Shown: positions 18,228-28,639 of the stretch, one piece after another
Position numbering within the stretch: position 1 is the first letter of the stretch
Layout of the letters: the number at the start of each line of letters is the position of its first letter
Source: an uncultured Bacilli bacterium
Lineage (GTDB): Bacteria > Bacillota_I > Bacilli_A > RF39 > UBA660
Reading direction: 5' to 3'
Length of the DNA: 64,000 nucleotides
Assembly: GCA_944358115.1 (NCBI GenBank)
Contig: CALVQH010000001.1
Coordinates: 5,263 to 69,262, forward strand
Notes under the pieces: generated by a model
What the model saw: the letters and a program-made list of their open reading frames with translations, nothing else
Databases searched by the model: none
Told to the model about the DNA's origin: nothing
Program-made: the position numbers and the translations under genes

Positions 18228-18938
18228 ATGGATTTAAAAAATATTATATGGAATAAAAAAACATATCAAGAATTTATAGATTATTTAAAAAGTATAAGGG
18301 AAGAAGAATATAAAAAGTTTAGTGAAAAAATAACTTTTACGAAATATGAAATGTTAGGTATCAGACTTCCTGAATTAAGAAGAATATCAAAAGAAATAAG
18401 TGAATGTGATTATCAATCATTCTTAAAAGTAAGTGAATCAACTTATTATGAAGAAGTAATGATTTATTTATTAGTAATAGCTAATATCAAAAATATAAGC
18501 GAGTTAATGATTTATTTTGATCATGCTATAGCCTTAATTGATAATTGGGCTTTATGTGATACATTCTGTAATAGTTTAAAATTAGTAAATAAAAACAAAG
18601 AATATTTTTTAACTAAAATAGACGAATTAATGAATAGTAATAAAACATATCACATAAGAGTAGGGCTTATTTTATTATTATGCTTTTATGTAGAAGAAAA
18701 ATATTTAGATTTGATCTGTAAGTATTTAGATTGTATTAAAAGTGATGAATACTATGTGAATATGGCTGAAGCTTGGCTTGTATGTGAAATATTTATTAAG
18801 TATGAAAGTGTTGGTTTAAAATATTTAGAACATAATGAGCTAAATAAATTTACAATCAATAAGAGTATTAGCAAAATAAGAGACAGCTATCGAGTGGATA
18901 AGGAAATGAAAGAATATATTTTAAAATTTAAAAGATAA
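18228..18938 (+). CDS. DNA alkylation repair protein (AlkD/AlkC-like HEAT-repeat glycosylase family)
   Basis: Repeated helical motifs ending ...NWALCDTF... and YVNMAEAWLVCEIF, typical of the DNA_alkylation family. The GGTGAG RBS favours the start at 18228. Confidence 0.5.
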   Translation: MDLKNIIWNKKTYQEFIDYLKSIREEEYKKFSEKITFTKYEMLGIRLPELRRISKEISECDYQSFLKVSESTYYEEVMIYLLVIANIKNISELMIYFDHAIALIDNWALCDTFCNSLKLVNKNKEYFLTKIDELMNSNKTYHIRVGLILLLCFYVEEKYLDLICKYLDCIKSDEYYVNMAEAWLVCEIFIKYESVGLKYLEHNELNKFTINKSISKIRDSYRVDKEMKEYILKFKR

Positions 18939-18941
18939 AAA

Positions 18942-18966
18942 GTCCGAATTAATTTTCGGGCTTTTT
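18942..18966. terminator. Bidirectional terminator between convergent genes
   Basis: gtccgaa-ttaatt-ttcgggc hairpin flanked by an A-run and a T-run. Confidence 0.6.
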
Positions 18967-19422
18967 GCATACATCAACATATTCTACATAATTAGATGCT
19001 TCTTCTAGTTCTGGTATTGTTAATTTAACCGCACTATTACTGGTTCCACATGCTGGATATACAGTATCAAATTCTTTTAAGGAAACATCTAAATATACTT
19101 TAACATTTGAATTGATTCCAAAAGGACACACGCCACCAGCAGTATGACCAACAAGCGTTTCTAACTCTTCACTTGGAATCATTTTTGCTTTCGTATGGAA
19201 TGTTTGTTTAAATTTAGAATTATCAATTTTTTTGTCCCCACTAGCTACAATTAAAATAGGGGAATCATCCACTAAAAAAGCCATAGTTTTAGCAATTTCA
19301 GCATCTTTGCATCCTAAAGCTTCGGCTGCTTCTCTAACCGTTGCTGTACTCTCGTGAAATTCTATCACATTTCCATCTAAATGAAATTTTTTTAAATATT
19401 CTTTTGCTTTTACTAAAGACAT
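18949..19422 (-). CDS. YbaK/ProX-family aminoacyl-tRNA deacylase
   Basis: YbaK-fold signature ...KTMAFLVDD...IVASGDKKID...GHTAGGVCPFG. Confidence 0.6.
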   Translation of the reverse strand: MSLVKAKEYLKKFHLDGNVIEFHESTATVREAAEALGCKDAEIAKTMAFLVDDSPILIVASGDKKIDNSKFKQTFHTKAKMIPSEELETLVGHTAGGVCPFGINSNVKVYLDVSLKEFDTVYPACGTSNSAVKLTIPELEEASNYVEYVDVCKKPEN

Positions 19423-19561
19423 AAACAACCTTCTTTCTTTATTACTTATAGCATACTTAAAAACAAAACACAAGAAAATTTAAAAATAAATAATAATTAT
19501 CATTGACATACAAATGTATGTTTTGATATAATTAAAACAAGAAAATCAGTGGGGTGAAAAT

Positions 19562-20434
19562 ATGAATGATATTATTTTAAACAAGGAAGAAAAAATTGAA
19601 AATTTAATTTATGAAATACGGGGCAAACAAGTAATGCTAGATAGTGATTTAGCAAGACTTTATGGTTGTGCAAATGGTACTAAATCGATTAATTTAGCCG
19701 TTAGAAGGCATATTAATAGATTCCCAGAAAGATTTATGTTTCAACTAACCCAAGAAGAATATGATAATTTGCGGTTTCAACTTGAAACCACAAAAAACGG
19801 TAATATGGCAAGAACCTTACCATATGCCTTTACAGAGCAAGGCGTTGCCATGCTTGCAACCGTCCTTAGAACAAGTGTAGCTGAAGAAATAAGTATTTCG
19901 ATTATGGACGCTTTTGTTGCTATGCGTAAATATATATCAAATGATTTAATGGAACAAAAATATATTAAAAATATGGTATTAGAGCATGATACCCGAATTA
20001 AATTATTAAAAGCATCTTTTACGAAATTTGAAGAAAAAAGAAAGGCTCATGAAATTTATTTTGATGGGCAGATTTATGATGCTTATTCTAAGATATTAAA
20101 TATTTTTAATAGTGCTAAAAAAGAGCTAATAATTATTGATAGTTATGCCGATAAAAAAATTCTTGATATTGTTAAAGATTTAAATATAAAAGTAGTTATT
20201 ATAACTAAGAAAAATAATTTATTAAAAGAAACAACTATAAAAGAGTATAATAAAGAATATCATAATTTGACAGTCAAATATGATAATACGTTTCATGATC
20301 GATATTTTATATTAGATAATGAAATAGTATATCATTGTGGTGCCAGTATTAATAGGATTGGTTATAAAACTTTCTCTATTACCCTAATTGGGGATCAAGA
20401 AATGATTAACGCTTTAATAAACAAAATCAATTAG
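19562..20434 (+). CDS. ORF6N (KilA-N-like) domain protein with uncharacterised C-terminal domain
   Basis: IRGKQVMLDSDLARLYG...INLAVRRHINRF is a typical ORF6N domain, common in phage anti-repressors and mobile elements. Confidence 0.65.
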   Translation: MNDIILNKEEKIENLIYEIRGKQVMLDSDLARLYGCANGTKSINLAVRRHINRFPERFMFQLTQEEYDNLRFQLETTKNGNMARTLPYAFTEQGVAMLATVLRTSVAEEISISIMDAFVAMRKYISNDLMEQKYIKNMVLEHDTRIKLLKASFTKFEEKRKAHEIYFDGQIYDAYSKILNIFNSAKKELIIIDSYADKKILDIVKDLNIKVVIITKKNNLLKETTIKEYNKEYHNLTVKYDNTFHDRYFILDNEIVYHCGASINRIGYKTFSITLIGDQEMINALINKIN

Positions 20435-20714
20435 AACTTAAAAATTAAGGAAAATAGAGTGTGGCACCACCATAAAGCTGTGCTAACGGAACTAAAGACA
20501 TAAATAAAGTATTAAGATACTCTAATAAATAAAACTAACTTTACACTTTTTTGTTAAATTATTCTAGTTAACACGATAAAAATGAATATTTTATGGTACA
20601 ATAAATAATAGAGAATGGAGGTAATGGTGCACTAAGTAGGATATAAATGAATTTAATGATTTTAAAGTCCAAATTTAGTAGAAAACATTTAGTTAAGAAA
20701 AGGAGAGTGGAAGA

Positions 20715-21887
20715 ATGTTAAAAACAAAAGTTGGATATAGTGAAAACGTAGATGCATATGCATCAGGTGTAGAAACAGCCAAAATGGCAAACGTAATTGA
20801 AAATCCTCAAGTTGGATTATTCTTTACTAGTTGTGTTCAAGATCAAGTAAAATTAATGGAAGGAGCTAAAAGCGTTTTAGGAGATGTTCCTATTATTGGA
20901 TGTACTTCATCTGCAGCTTTATGTACTCAAGATGGCTATCTAAATAAAGAAACAGGTTATTCTGGAATGATGCTATTTGGCGGTGATGCTGAAGTTGTTA
21001 CTGCTGGATCTAAAAAAACAGATGAAAGTCCTAGAGAAATCGGTAGACGTATTGCTGAAGAAGCAGTAAGTAAAGTAAAAGGCAAAGATGTAGAACCAGA
21101 TTTCTTCTTTATGAGTGCAAGCCCAGCAAACGAAGAAGAATACATGAAAGGAATCCAAGATGTAATTGGAAACATTCCAGTATTTGGTGGATCTGCAGCT
21201 GATAACACCGTTGAAGGCAAATGGAGTATCCTAAATGATGGCGAATATTTTGCTGACGGTTGTGCAATTGCTATTTTCTATACAAATGGTGAAATGAAAA
21301 ACCTTTATACAGGAGCTTATCATGAAACAGAACATGCTGGTATTATAACGAAAGTAAGAGATTCTAGAACTTTAGTGGAAATTGATCATGAACCAGCTCT
21401 AAAAAAATATGCTGAATGGACAGGCAAAGACGTAAATTCATTAATGGGAGGTAACTTACTTACCGAAACAATTTGTGCACCTTTAGGAGTAAAAGACCCG
21501 ATTGGCAAAGTAACCGCTGTACGTCATCCAATGAATGGTAATGATGATTATTCGATGAATATTGGCGCTGACTTAGCCGAAAATACAGCTATTATATTAC
21601 TTTCTAATACACCAGAAGGAATATTAAAAGCCAATGAAGAAACAATTGAGAAAGTAACAGATATGATGGAAGGTGAAGTACAAAGCTATTTCTTAGTTCA
21701 TTGCGGAGGACGTCGCCTTGGACTAGCCCTAGCAAGTATTGAAGATAAGATTTATCCAGAAGTAAAAAAAGCCATTCCAGATAAAGAATTCTTAATGGTA
21801 TTTACTTTTGGAGAGTATGGTGAGGGCGATCATTCATCTAACACGGTTGGTGGATTATCACTTTCTTATACAGCATTTGGAGAATAA
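20715..21887 (+). CDS. Hypothetical protein (390 aa), first gene of an operon with an aldehyde dehydrogenase and an SDR
   Basis: Gly-rich segments (GCTSSAALCT, FGGSAADNT) and no clear family signature. A FIST-type fold is only a guess. Confidence 0.3.
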   Translation: MLKTKVGYSENVDAYASGVETAKMANVIENPQVGLFFTSCVQDQVKLMEGAKSVLGDVPIIGCTSSAALCTQDGYLNKETGYSGMMLFGGDAEVVTAGSKKTDESPREIGRRIAEEAVSKVKGKDVEPDFFFMSASPANEEEYMKGIQDVIGNIPVFGGSAADNTVEGKWSILNDGEYFADGCAIAIFYTNGEMKNLYTGAYHETEHAGIITKVRDSRTLVEIDHEPALKKYAEWTGKDVNSLMGGNLLTETICAPLGVKDPIGKVTAVRHPMNGNDDYSMNIGADLAENTAIILLSNTPEGILKANEETIEKVTDMMEGEVQSYFLVHCGGRRLGLALASIEDKIYPEVKKAIPDKEFLMVFTFGEYGEGDHSSNTVGGLSLSYTAFGE

Positions 21888-21902
21888 AAAAGGAGGAATT
21901 AT

Positions 21903-23339
21903 ATGAAAAGTTTAATAGGAAATAAATGGTGCGATTCATCTGATGGCAAGGTTATTGAAGTATATAACCCTGCCACGAACGAATTAATTGATACCGTACC
22001 AAGTTTGACAAAAGAAGATGTAGAAAGAGCAATTGACTATGCGGATGCGCATCAATTAGAATGGGAAGCAAAAAGTGTAATTGAAAGATGTGAAGTATTA
22101 TCAAGATTTGCAGAGCTTGTCGAAGAAAATAAAGATGAACTAGCAATGCTACTTTCTAAAGAAACAGGTAAACCAATTAAAGAAGCTTATAATGAAATAG
22201 CAAATATCCAGATTGGTGTTCCTGGATATGTTGAAAAAGTAAAACATGAATATGGAAACATTGTTTATAGAGGTACTGAAAAAGGCCAAGAAAATACGAT
22301 TCAATATACGATTCAACAACCTCTAGGCGTAGTAGTAGCCATTATTCCATTCAATTTCCCAAGTGATATCTTTATTAATAAAGTACCACCTGCATTATTA
22401 ATGGGAAATGCCGTAATCTTAAAACCTGCTAGTGTAAATCCACTTACTTTAACAAGATATGTTGAATTACTTGTGGAAGCAGGAGTTCCAGCAGGTATCA
22501 TTAGTGTTGTTCATGGAAGTGGTGGCGTTGTTGGAAAAGCCCTAACTAGTAACAAGAAAGTGGATATGGTAAGCTTAACTGGTTCTACTGCTGCGGGAAT
22601 TGATGCAGCTAAAAATTGTGCTGACCATTGTGCTCATAGTTCTCTAGAACTAGGTGGAAATGATACTTTCATCCTTTGTGCTGATGGCGATATGGACTTA
22701 GCTATTGAAGAAACTGTTTGGGGAAGACTTTATAACACAGGTCAAGTATGTTGTGCATCAAAAAGATTTTTAGTTGAAAATTCTGTTAAAGATGAATACA
22801 TTAGAAGAATGGTTGAAAAAATTAATTCTTTAAAACAAGGAGATCCTCAGGATATGTCTACAGACATTGGTTGCTTAGTAAGTGAAGAAGCTGCGATTGA
22901 AGTAGAACGTCAAGTGAATGGAACCATTGCCGCTGGTGCAACACTCGTTTGTGGTGGCAAACGAAATGGTGCTTTTTATGAACCAACGATTCTAGATAAT
23001 GTAACTCCAGATATGGAAGTAGCGAAAGACATGGAAATCTTTGGTCCAGTAATTCCTGTCATTGGCTTTGATAACCTAGAGGAAGCAATTGAAATTGCTA
23101 ATAAATCTATTTATGGCTTATCTGGTTCCATTATCACCAAAGATATTAGTAAAGCAATTAAAGTGAGTGAAAAAATGGAATGTGGTGGTTTTGTTATTAA
23201 TGGTGCATCATTCTTCCGCTCATTCGAGCAACCATTTGGTGGCTGGAAATATTCTGGAATTGGCAATGAAGGAATTATGACAACTCTAAAAGAGATGTCA
23301 AGAACGAAAACTGTTATTTTAAAAAATATTACAAAATAA
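21903..23339 (+). CDS. NAD(P)-dependent aldehyde dehydrogenase
   Basis: ELGGN motif and catalytic Cys in GQVCCA. The length is typical for this family. Confidence 0.85.
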   Translation: MKSLIGNKWCDSSDGKVIEVYNPATNELIDTVPSLTKEDVERAIDYADAHQLEWEAKSVIERCEVLSRFAELVEENKDELAMLLSKETGKPIKEAYNEIANIQIGVPGYVEKVKHEYGNIVYRGTEKGQENTIQYTIQQPLGVVVAIIPFNFPSDIFINKVPPALLMGNAVILKPASVNPLTLTRYVELLVEAGVPAGIISVVHGSGGVVGKALTSNKKVDMVSLTGSTAAGIDAAKNCADHCAHSSLELGGNDTFILCADGDMDLAIEETVWGRLYNTGQVCCASKRFLVENSVKDEYIRRMVEKINSLKQGDPQDMSTDIGCLVSEEAAIEVERQVNGTIAAGATLVCGGKRNGAFYEPTILDNVTPDMEVAKDMEIFGPVIPVIGFDNLEEAIEIANKSIYGLSGSIITKDISKAIKVSEKMECGGFVINGASFFRSFEQPFGGWKYSGIGNEGIMTTLKEMSRTKTVILKNITK

Positions 23340-23351
23340 AGGAGGAATTTT

Positions 23352-24110
23352 ATGTTTGATTATACAGGAAAAATTGTTGTAGTCTCTGGTGCGTCATCTG
23401 GCTTAGGCCGTCAAATGGCTTTAGGATATGCGCATCAAGGTGCAACTGTTGTAATTACAGCTAGAAGAATGGAAAAACTAGAAGCTGTGGCAGATGAAAT
23501 CCGTGCTTTAGGTGCTGAGGCATACCCAATTAAATGTGATGTAACGGATGTTGCAAGTGTAAATGCAGCAGCCAAAGAAGTAAAAGAAAAATATGGCAAA
23601 GTAGATGTTTTAGTTAACTGTGCTGGAAGTGCTAAAAATGCTGGAGTCTTAGATATGACGGATGAAGATTGGGATTTCACCATCAAAACCGATATGACTA
23701 GTTTATTCTATGTAACCAGAGCATTCGCAAGTATCATGAAAGAGCATAATTATGGCCGTATCATCAATATTGCATCAATGTATGGAATGGTCGGAAATAT
23801 GGCTATGGACACCGTTGCATATCATACAAGCAAGGGTGGCGTAATAAACTTTACTCGTGCCGTTGCAGCTGAACTTGCTAAATATGGTATTACTTGTAAT
23901 GCCATCTGCCCAGGATACTTTGATACAGAGCTTACGCATGAAACATTAATTACCGATTCATTTACTGCTTACATGAAATCGACTGTACCACTTGGAAGAT
24001 ATGGCCGTGAAGGCGAGTTAAATGCTGCTGCCATATTCTTAGGAAGTACTGAAGCAAGCTATGTCACAGGCGTAATCTTACCAGTTGATGGTGGATATAC
24101 TTGCGTATAA
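23352..24110 (+). CDS. Short-chain dehydrogenase/reductase (SDR family)
   Basis: VVSGASSGLGRQ cofactor motif, YHTSK catalytic Y-x3-K, NAG. Confidence 0.85.
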   Translation: MFDYTGKIVVVSGASSGLGRQMALGYAHQGATVVITARRMEKLEAVADEIRALGAEAYPIKCDVTDVASVNAAAKEVKEKYGKVDVLVNCAGSAKNAGVLDMTDEDWDFTIKTDMTSLFYVTRAFASIMKEHNYGRIINIASMYGMVGNMAMDTVAYHTSKGGVINFTRAVAAELAKYGITCNAICPGYFDTELTHETLITDSFTAYMKSTVPLGRYGREGELNAAAIFLGSTEASYVTGVILPVDGGYTCV

Positions 24111-24120
24111 TAATAAAAAA

Positions 24121-24151
24121 GAATCTACTAGGAATCTAGTGGATTTTTTTA
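24121..24151 (+). terminator. Rho-independent terminator
   Basis: atctactag-gaa-ctagtggat hairpin plus T7. Confidence 0.6.
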
Positions 24152-24276
24152 TTTGTCCCAAAATATGTAAAGTTGTGTAAAAAGAAGGAAATAAAAAAGG
24201 AAAAAAGAATAGTACAAGCAATAAATAATAGTAAGGAGTGTAACTTTTATAATTTATTTCATAGGAGAGTTTAAAA

Positions 24277-25218
24277 ATGCAAAATGAAATTATAATATTT
24301 GAAAATCAAAATGTGAAACTAGAAGTAAACATGAAAGATGAAACGGTATGGCTTAATCGCGAACAGATGGCCAAGCTATTTGATAGAGATATCAAAACAA
24401 TTGGTAGGCATATCAATAATGCTTTAAAAGAAGAGTTAGATAATTCAACTGTCGCAAAATTTGCGACAGTTGCCAAAGAAGGAGAACGTGAAGTAACTCG
24501 TAATATCGAATATTACAACTTAGATATGATTATTAGTGTTGGTTATCGTGTTAAATCTCAAAATGGAATAATATTTAGAAAATGGGCGAATAAAATATTA
24601 AAAGATTATTTAATCAAAGGATATGCGGTTAATGAAAAAAGATTAGAATATCTAGAAAAAACAGTAAAACTAATAGATATTGCCAGTCGTAATTTAGAAG
24701 GATTAGACGGGGTAGGGGCTAGTGATATCATAAAAGTATTACAAAGTTATACCAAATCACTAGATTTACTAGATGATTATGATCATAAAACCTTAACAAA
24801 ACCAAAAGGAAATATTAGTAAAGAAAAAATCACTTATAAAAATTGCATCGATATTATCAAAACGTTAAAGTTTAATGAGAAAAGTAATTTATTTGCCCAA
24901 GAAAGAGATAGAGGATTAGAAAGTATTATTAAAAATATTTATCAAACATTTGATGGTAAAGATGTATATGAAAGTATAGAGGAAAAAGCAGCTAATTTTT
25001 TATATACCTGTGTAAAGAATCATGTATTCATTGATGGCAACAAACGAATCGCCGCAACACTTTTCATTTATTTCTTGCAATTTTATAACATTTTATATGT
25101 AAGTGATAGACCCATCATTGATAACAATACATTAGCATCTCTAACACTTTTAATCGCAGAATCAAACCCTAAAGAAAAAGAAATACTAGTCGATTTAATT
25201 ATGAATTTTCTAACGTGA
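24277..25218 (+). CDS. RhuM-family N-terminal domain fused to a Fic/Doc-family domain
   Basis: N-terminal RhuM-like signature (VWLNREQMAKLFDRDIKTIGRHI...YNLDMIISVGYRV). C-terminal HVFIDGNKRIAA matches the Doc/Fic H.F.DGNKR motif. Confidence 0.7.
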   Translation: MQNEIIIFENQNVKLEVNMKDETVWLNREQMAKLFDRDIKTIGRHINNALKEELDNSTVAKFATVAKEGEREVTRNIEYYNLDMIISVGYRVKSQNGIIFRKWANKILKDYLIKGYAVNEKRLEYLEKTVKLIDIASRNLEGLDGVGASDIIKVLQSYTKSLDLLDDYDHKTLTKPKGNISKEKITYKNCIDIIKTLKFNEKSNLFAQERDRGLESIIKNIYQTFDGKDVYESIEEKAANFLYTCVKNHVFIDGNKRIAATLFIYFLQFYNILYVSDRPIIDNNTLASLTLLIAESNPKEKEILVDLIMNFLT

Positions 25219-25462
25219 ATTTAATATAATAGGAGAAAACAAAGAAAATGATACATTAAAGAATCCGTTATAAACGGATGGCCAAGACCTACAATAATAC
25301 ATCAAATTGAAACAAAACTATATGAAAGAAAGGCTTTGCTTGAAAATAAAGCTACTAATTTTGATAGTACTTTACCAAGCATTGAAGATATCGAAAAAGA
25401 TTAGAAGAAACGATAAAAAATGAATAGAAACATCTTTTTAAAAATATGAAAGCTATGATATA

Positions 25463-26134
25463 ATGGAAATAGCAAGAGGGATCAATATGAAAAAATTGGA
25501 CATCATCTATGAAGACAAAAATATATTAGTCGTAAATAAACCTTCTAAAATGTTAACAATTAGTGATGGCACAAATGCTAAAACTTTATATGAAATGGCA
25601 AGAGACTATGTAAAGAAAAAACATAAATCCAATAAAATATTTATTGTTCATAGACTTGATAAGGATACTTCCGGAGTTGTGTTATTTGCCAAATCAGAAG
25701 AAATAAAAAAGAAATTGCAAGAACATTGGAATGAACTAGCTAATAGAGAGTATATTGCCATATTAGAAGGTAATTTAAAAGAAGATAGAGGTGTAATCAA
25801 AAATTATCTATTAGAAGATCGCACCCATAAGGTATATGCCTCAAAAAATAAAAGGGGAGAATATGCCGAAACGCACTATGAAGTGATAAATAGAACAAAT
25901 AAAAATACCGTAGTAAAAGTAAATATTAAAACTGGTAAAAAAAATCAAATCAGAGTTGCCTTTGCTTCTTTAAATCATCCCATTATTGGCGATAAAAAAT
26001 ATGGCAGCACAACAAATCCAATCAAAAGACTAGGACTCCATGCCTACAAACTTGCAATCACAATAGATAATAAGCATTTCGAGTGGGAAGCAAAATTGCC
26101 TTCTGGCTTTACACAATACTGTAAAAAAAGATGA
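25463..26134 (+). CDS. RluA-family pseudouridine synthase
   Basis: HRLDKDTSGVVLFAK catalytic-Asp motif. The start may be 25487 (MKKLDI). Confidence 0.8.
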   Translation: MEIARGINMKKLDIIYEDKNILVVNKPSKMLTISDGTNAKTLYEMARDYVKKKHKSNKIFIVHRLDKDTSGVVLFAKSEEIKKKLQEHWNELANREYIAILEGNLKEDRGVIKNYLLEDRTHKVYASKNKRGEYAETHYEVINRTNKNTVVKVNIKTGKKNQIRVAFASLNHPIIGDKKYGSTTNPIKRLGLHAYKLAITIDNKHFEWEAKLPSGFTQYCKKR

Positions 26135-26182
26135 AATAAAAGAAGAAATATAGTAAAATAATAATGATAGTGAGGAATGTAT

Positions 26183-27082
26183 ATGTTAAAAGTAGAAAAT
26201 GTAACAAAATATTATGGCGACGTTTTAGCAGTCGATAATCTGTCATTTACAATTAATGATGGCGAAATCTTCGGCCTACTTGGAGTAAACGGCGCTGGCA
26301 AAACAACAACATTTAGAATGATTATGAGCTTACTTGAACCAACTAAAGGTAAAATCACCTTAAATGGTGAGTCTGTTGGCTATGATGTAAGTGAACAAAT
26401 TGGTTTCTTAACGGAAGAACGAAGTCTTCTTACCAAGCTGACTGTTAAAGATCAAGTCATTTATTATGCAACACTAAAAGGTATGAAGGAAAGCGATATT
26501 CTAAAAAAACTAGATTACTGGTTAGATCGTTTTGGAATTAGTGAATATAAAGAGCGGAAAATAAAAGAATTATCAAAAGGAAATCAACAAAAAATCCAAT
26601 TCATTACTGCAATTATTCATGAACCAAACTTACTCGTATTAGATGAACCTTTTACCGGACTAGATCCAATCAATGTTGAATTATTTATGGACGTAATAAG
26701 AGAATTTAAAGAAAAAGGAAAAATGATTATTTTTTCTTCTCATCGCATGGAACATGTTGAACTTTTCTGTGAAAAACTAGTAATTTTATTAAAAGGAAAA
26801 ACAGTTTTAAGTGGCTCTTTAAAAGAAATCAAAAAAAATTATCGTAAGAAAACCATTCGCATTAATGGTGAAGTTGATTTAGAAGCTTTAAAAAAATGTA
26901 ACGGCGTAATAGAAGTAAAAGAAGAAAACTTAGATATTATCGTAAAAATTGAAAGTGATGAATACGTAGATGAAGTATTTAAAGTTGTAAAAAAGGGTAA
27001 AGAAATTACCAAATTTGTAGTAGAAGACGCATCATTAAATGAAATATTTGTGAGTTTAGTAGGTGAAGCATATGAAAAATAA
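26183..27082 (+). CDS. ABC transporter ATP-binding protein
   Basis: Walker A GVNGAGKTT, signature LSKGNQQK, Walker B LLVLDEP. Confidence 0.9.
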   Translation: MLKVENVTKYYGDVLAVDNLSFTINDGEIFGLLGVNGAGKTTTFRMIMSLLEPTKGKITLNGESVGYDVSEQIGFLTEERSLLTKLTVKDQVIYYATLKGMKESDILKKLDYWLDRFGISEYKERKIKELSKGNQQKIQFITAIIHEPNLLVLDEPFTGLDPINVELFMDVIREFKEKGKMIIFSSHRMEHVELFCEKLVILLKGKTVLSGSLKEIKKNYRKKTIRINGEVDLEALKKCNGVIEVKEENLDIIVKIESDEYVDEVFKVVKKGKEITKFVVEDASLNEIFVSLVGEAYEK

Positions 27083-28367
27083 ATTTAAATATTTAGTAAA
27101 ATATAGCTTAAAGAAAAAAATAGATACCAAATGGTTTAAAATTGTAAATGTTTTATTATTAATTTTATTAGTCTTTTTAGTAAACATGGATTATTTCATC
27201 AATTTATTTGGTGGTGATTTTGAAGAAAAAGAAAGTATTTATGTAGTAGATCATGTAGGATCTTTTGATACGTTCTCTACCTATTTTAATGCCTTAGCTT
27301 CTGAAATGGGTAGTGATGAATATGAAATCATATTAGATCAAGATATTTTAAATAAGGAAGAAGAAATAGATGATGAAGTAGTTGTCGTTTTAAATCCTTC
27401 AGATACAGGATATTTAGAAGGTGAAATTGTATCATTTAATGCTGTATCTAGAACTACATATGAAATGATTGTAAATGCTCTAAATGCTGTAAAAAGTGAA
27501 CTTGTCCTAAGTACAAGTGGTCTTACTCAAGAACAAATTACTTCTTTATCAAGTCCAGTTGAAATAACCGAAAAAGTATTAAATGAAGAAGCTCAAAATA
27601 ATGAAACCAAGGAGAATGTAGGTGCCATTGTCACAACAGTCTTAATAGTACCTTTCTTTATTCTCATTGTAACCATGGTTCAAATGTTAGGTGCGGAAAT
27701 TAATGATGAAAAAACAAGTAGGGGAATGGAAATTATTATTTCTAGTGTGCCTGCCAAAATACACTTTATATCAAAAGTAGTCGCAGCGATTTCCTATGTT
27801 TTAATTCAAGGGGTATTATTATTAATCTATTCCGGAATTGCGATGCTTTTAAGAAATATTTTAGCAAGTTCGTCTGCGATGTCATCCACCGGTATGTTTA
27901 GTGAAATTATAACGATGTTAAGTGATGCCGGCATATTTAGTTTACTAGCAAAAGGAAGCATTGTTCTGATTATCTTATTTGTGGTAAGTTTTATTGCTTA
28001 TGCAATTACCGCTGCTATTTTAGCTAGTATGACAACGAATATTGAAGATTTTCAACAACTACAAACACCACTTATGATTATTATGCTAGTAGGGTATTAT
28101 GTTGCTCTTATGGCCGTCATGTTTGATGGGTCAGTATTTATCCATATTCTCGGGTTTATTCCCTTATTATCAGTCATGATTGCTCCAACCCTCTATTTAA
28201 TAGGGGAGATGAGCTTGTTATCACTTACTTTATCAACTCTCTTAACAGTAGTAGTAACTTATCTTTTATATAAATATGGACTTCGTATTTATAAAGTAGG
28301 AATCTTAAATTATTCTTCTAGTAAATTATGGCGAAAGATGTTTAAATCATTAAAAAATAAAGAATAA
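27063..28367 (+). CDS. ABC-2 family transporter permease
   Basis: N-terminal TM, large extracytoplasmic loop, then about six TM helices. Overlaps the ATPase gene. Confidence 0.7.
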   Translation: MKHMKNKFKYLVKYSLKKKIDTKWFKIVNVLLLILLVFLVNMDYFINLFGGDFEEKESIYVVDHVGSFDTFSTYFNALASEMGSDEYEIILDQDILNKEEEIDDEVVVVLNPSDTGYLEGEIVSFNAVSRTTYEMIVNALNAVKSELVLSTSGLTQEQITSLSSPVEITEKVLNEEAQNNETKENVGAIVTTVLIVPFFILIVTMVQMLGAEINDEKTSRGMEIIISSVPAKIHFISKVVAAISYVLIQGVLLLIYSGIAMLLRNILASSSAMSSTGMFSEIITMLSDAGIFSLLAKGSIVLIILFVVSFIAYAITAAILASMTTNIEDFQQLQTPLMIIMLVGYYVALMAVMFDGSVFIHILGFIPLLSVMIAPTLYLIGEMSLLSLTLSTLLTVVVTYLLYKYGLRIYKVGILNYSSSKLWRKMFKSLKNKE

Positions 28368-28390
28368 GACGACTTGAATCAAAGCCGTCT

Positions 28391-28639
28391 TTAATTTTTC
28401 TTTTTTAATTTTTTTAATGTATCTTTAATCGTTTTGGTATCAATATTACTTACGGTGTACCAACCACATTCCGTCATTTTTTGATACAAGTTATGTTGAA
28501 GTTTAAGTGTTTCTTCGAGTCCATAATGTAGAGCTTCATGAACTTCTTTATTAGATGCTTCTAAAGTACCGTGAACATAAACTTCCATATTACTCTTAAG
28601 GAGTAATAAAATATTTTCCATTAATAATTGATCGTTCAT
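28391..28639 (-). CDS. Coat F-domain-like small protein
   Basis: Small helical protein (HEALHYGLEETLKLQHNLYQKM) resembling spore coat protein F-like pairs such as yraD/yraE. Confidence 0.35.
   Translation of the reverse strand: MNDQLLMENILLLLKSNMEVYVHGTLEASNKEVHEALHYGLEETLKLQHNLYQKMTECGWYTVSNIDTKTIKDTLKKLKKKN

Noticed and set aside
20435-20714. Possible structured RNA leader upstream of the 20715 operon (gtggcaccacc ... ggtgcact complementarity)
   Set aside because: The pairing is short and imperfect. No match to a riboswitch consensus I know. It could simply be a promoter/5' UTR.
25219-25462. Short ORF remnant (...PTIIHQIETKLYERKALLENKATNFDSTLPSIEDIEKD*) between the RhuM-Doc gene and rluA
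   Set aside because: It has no start codon or RBS and is too short to assign. Mentioned only as possible decay debris.
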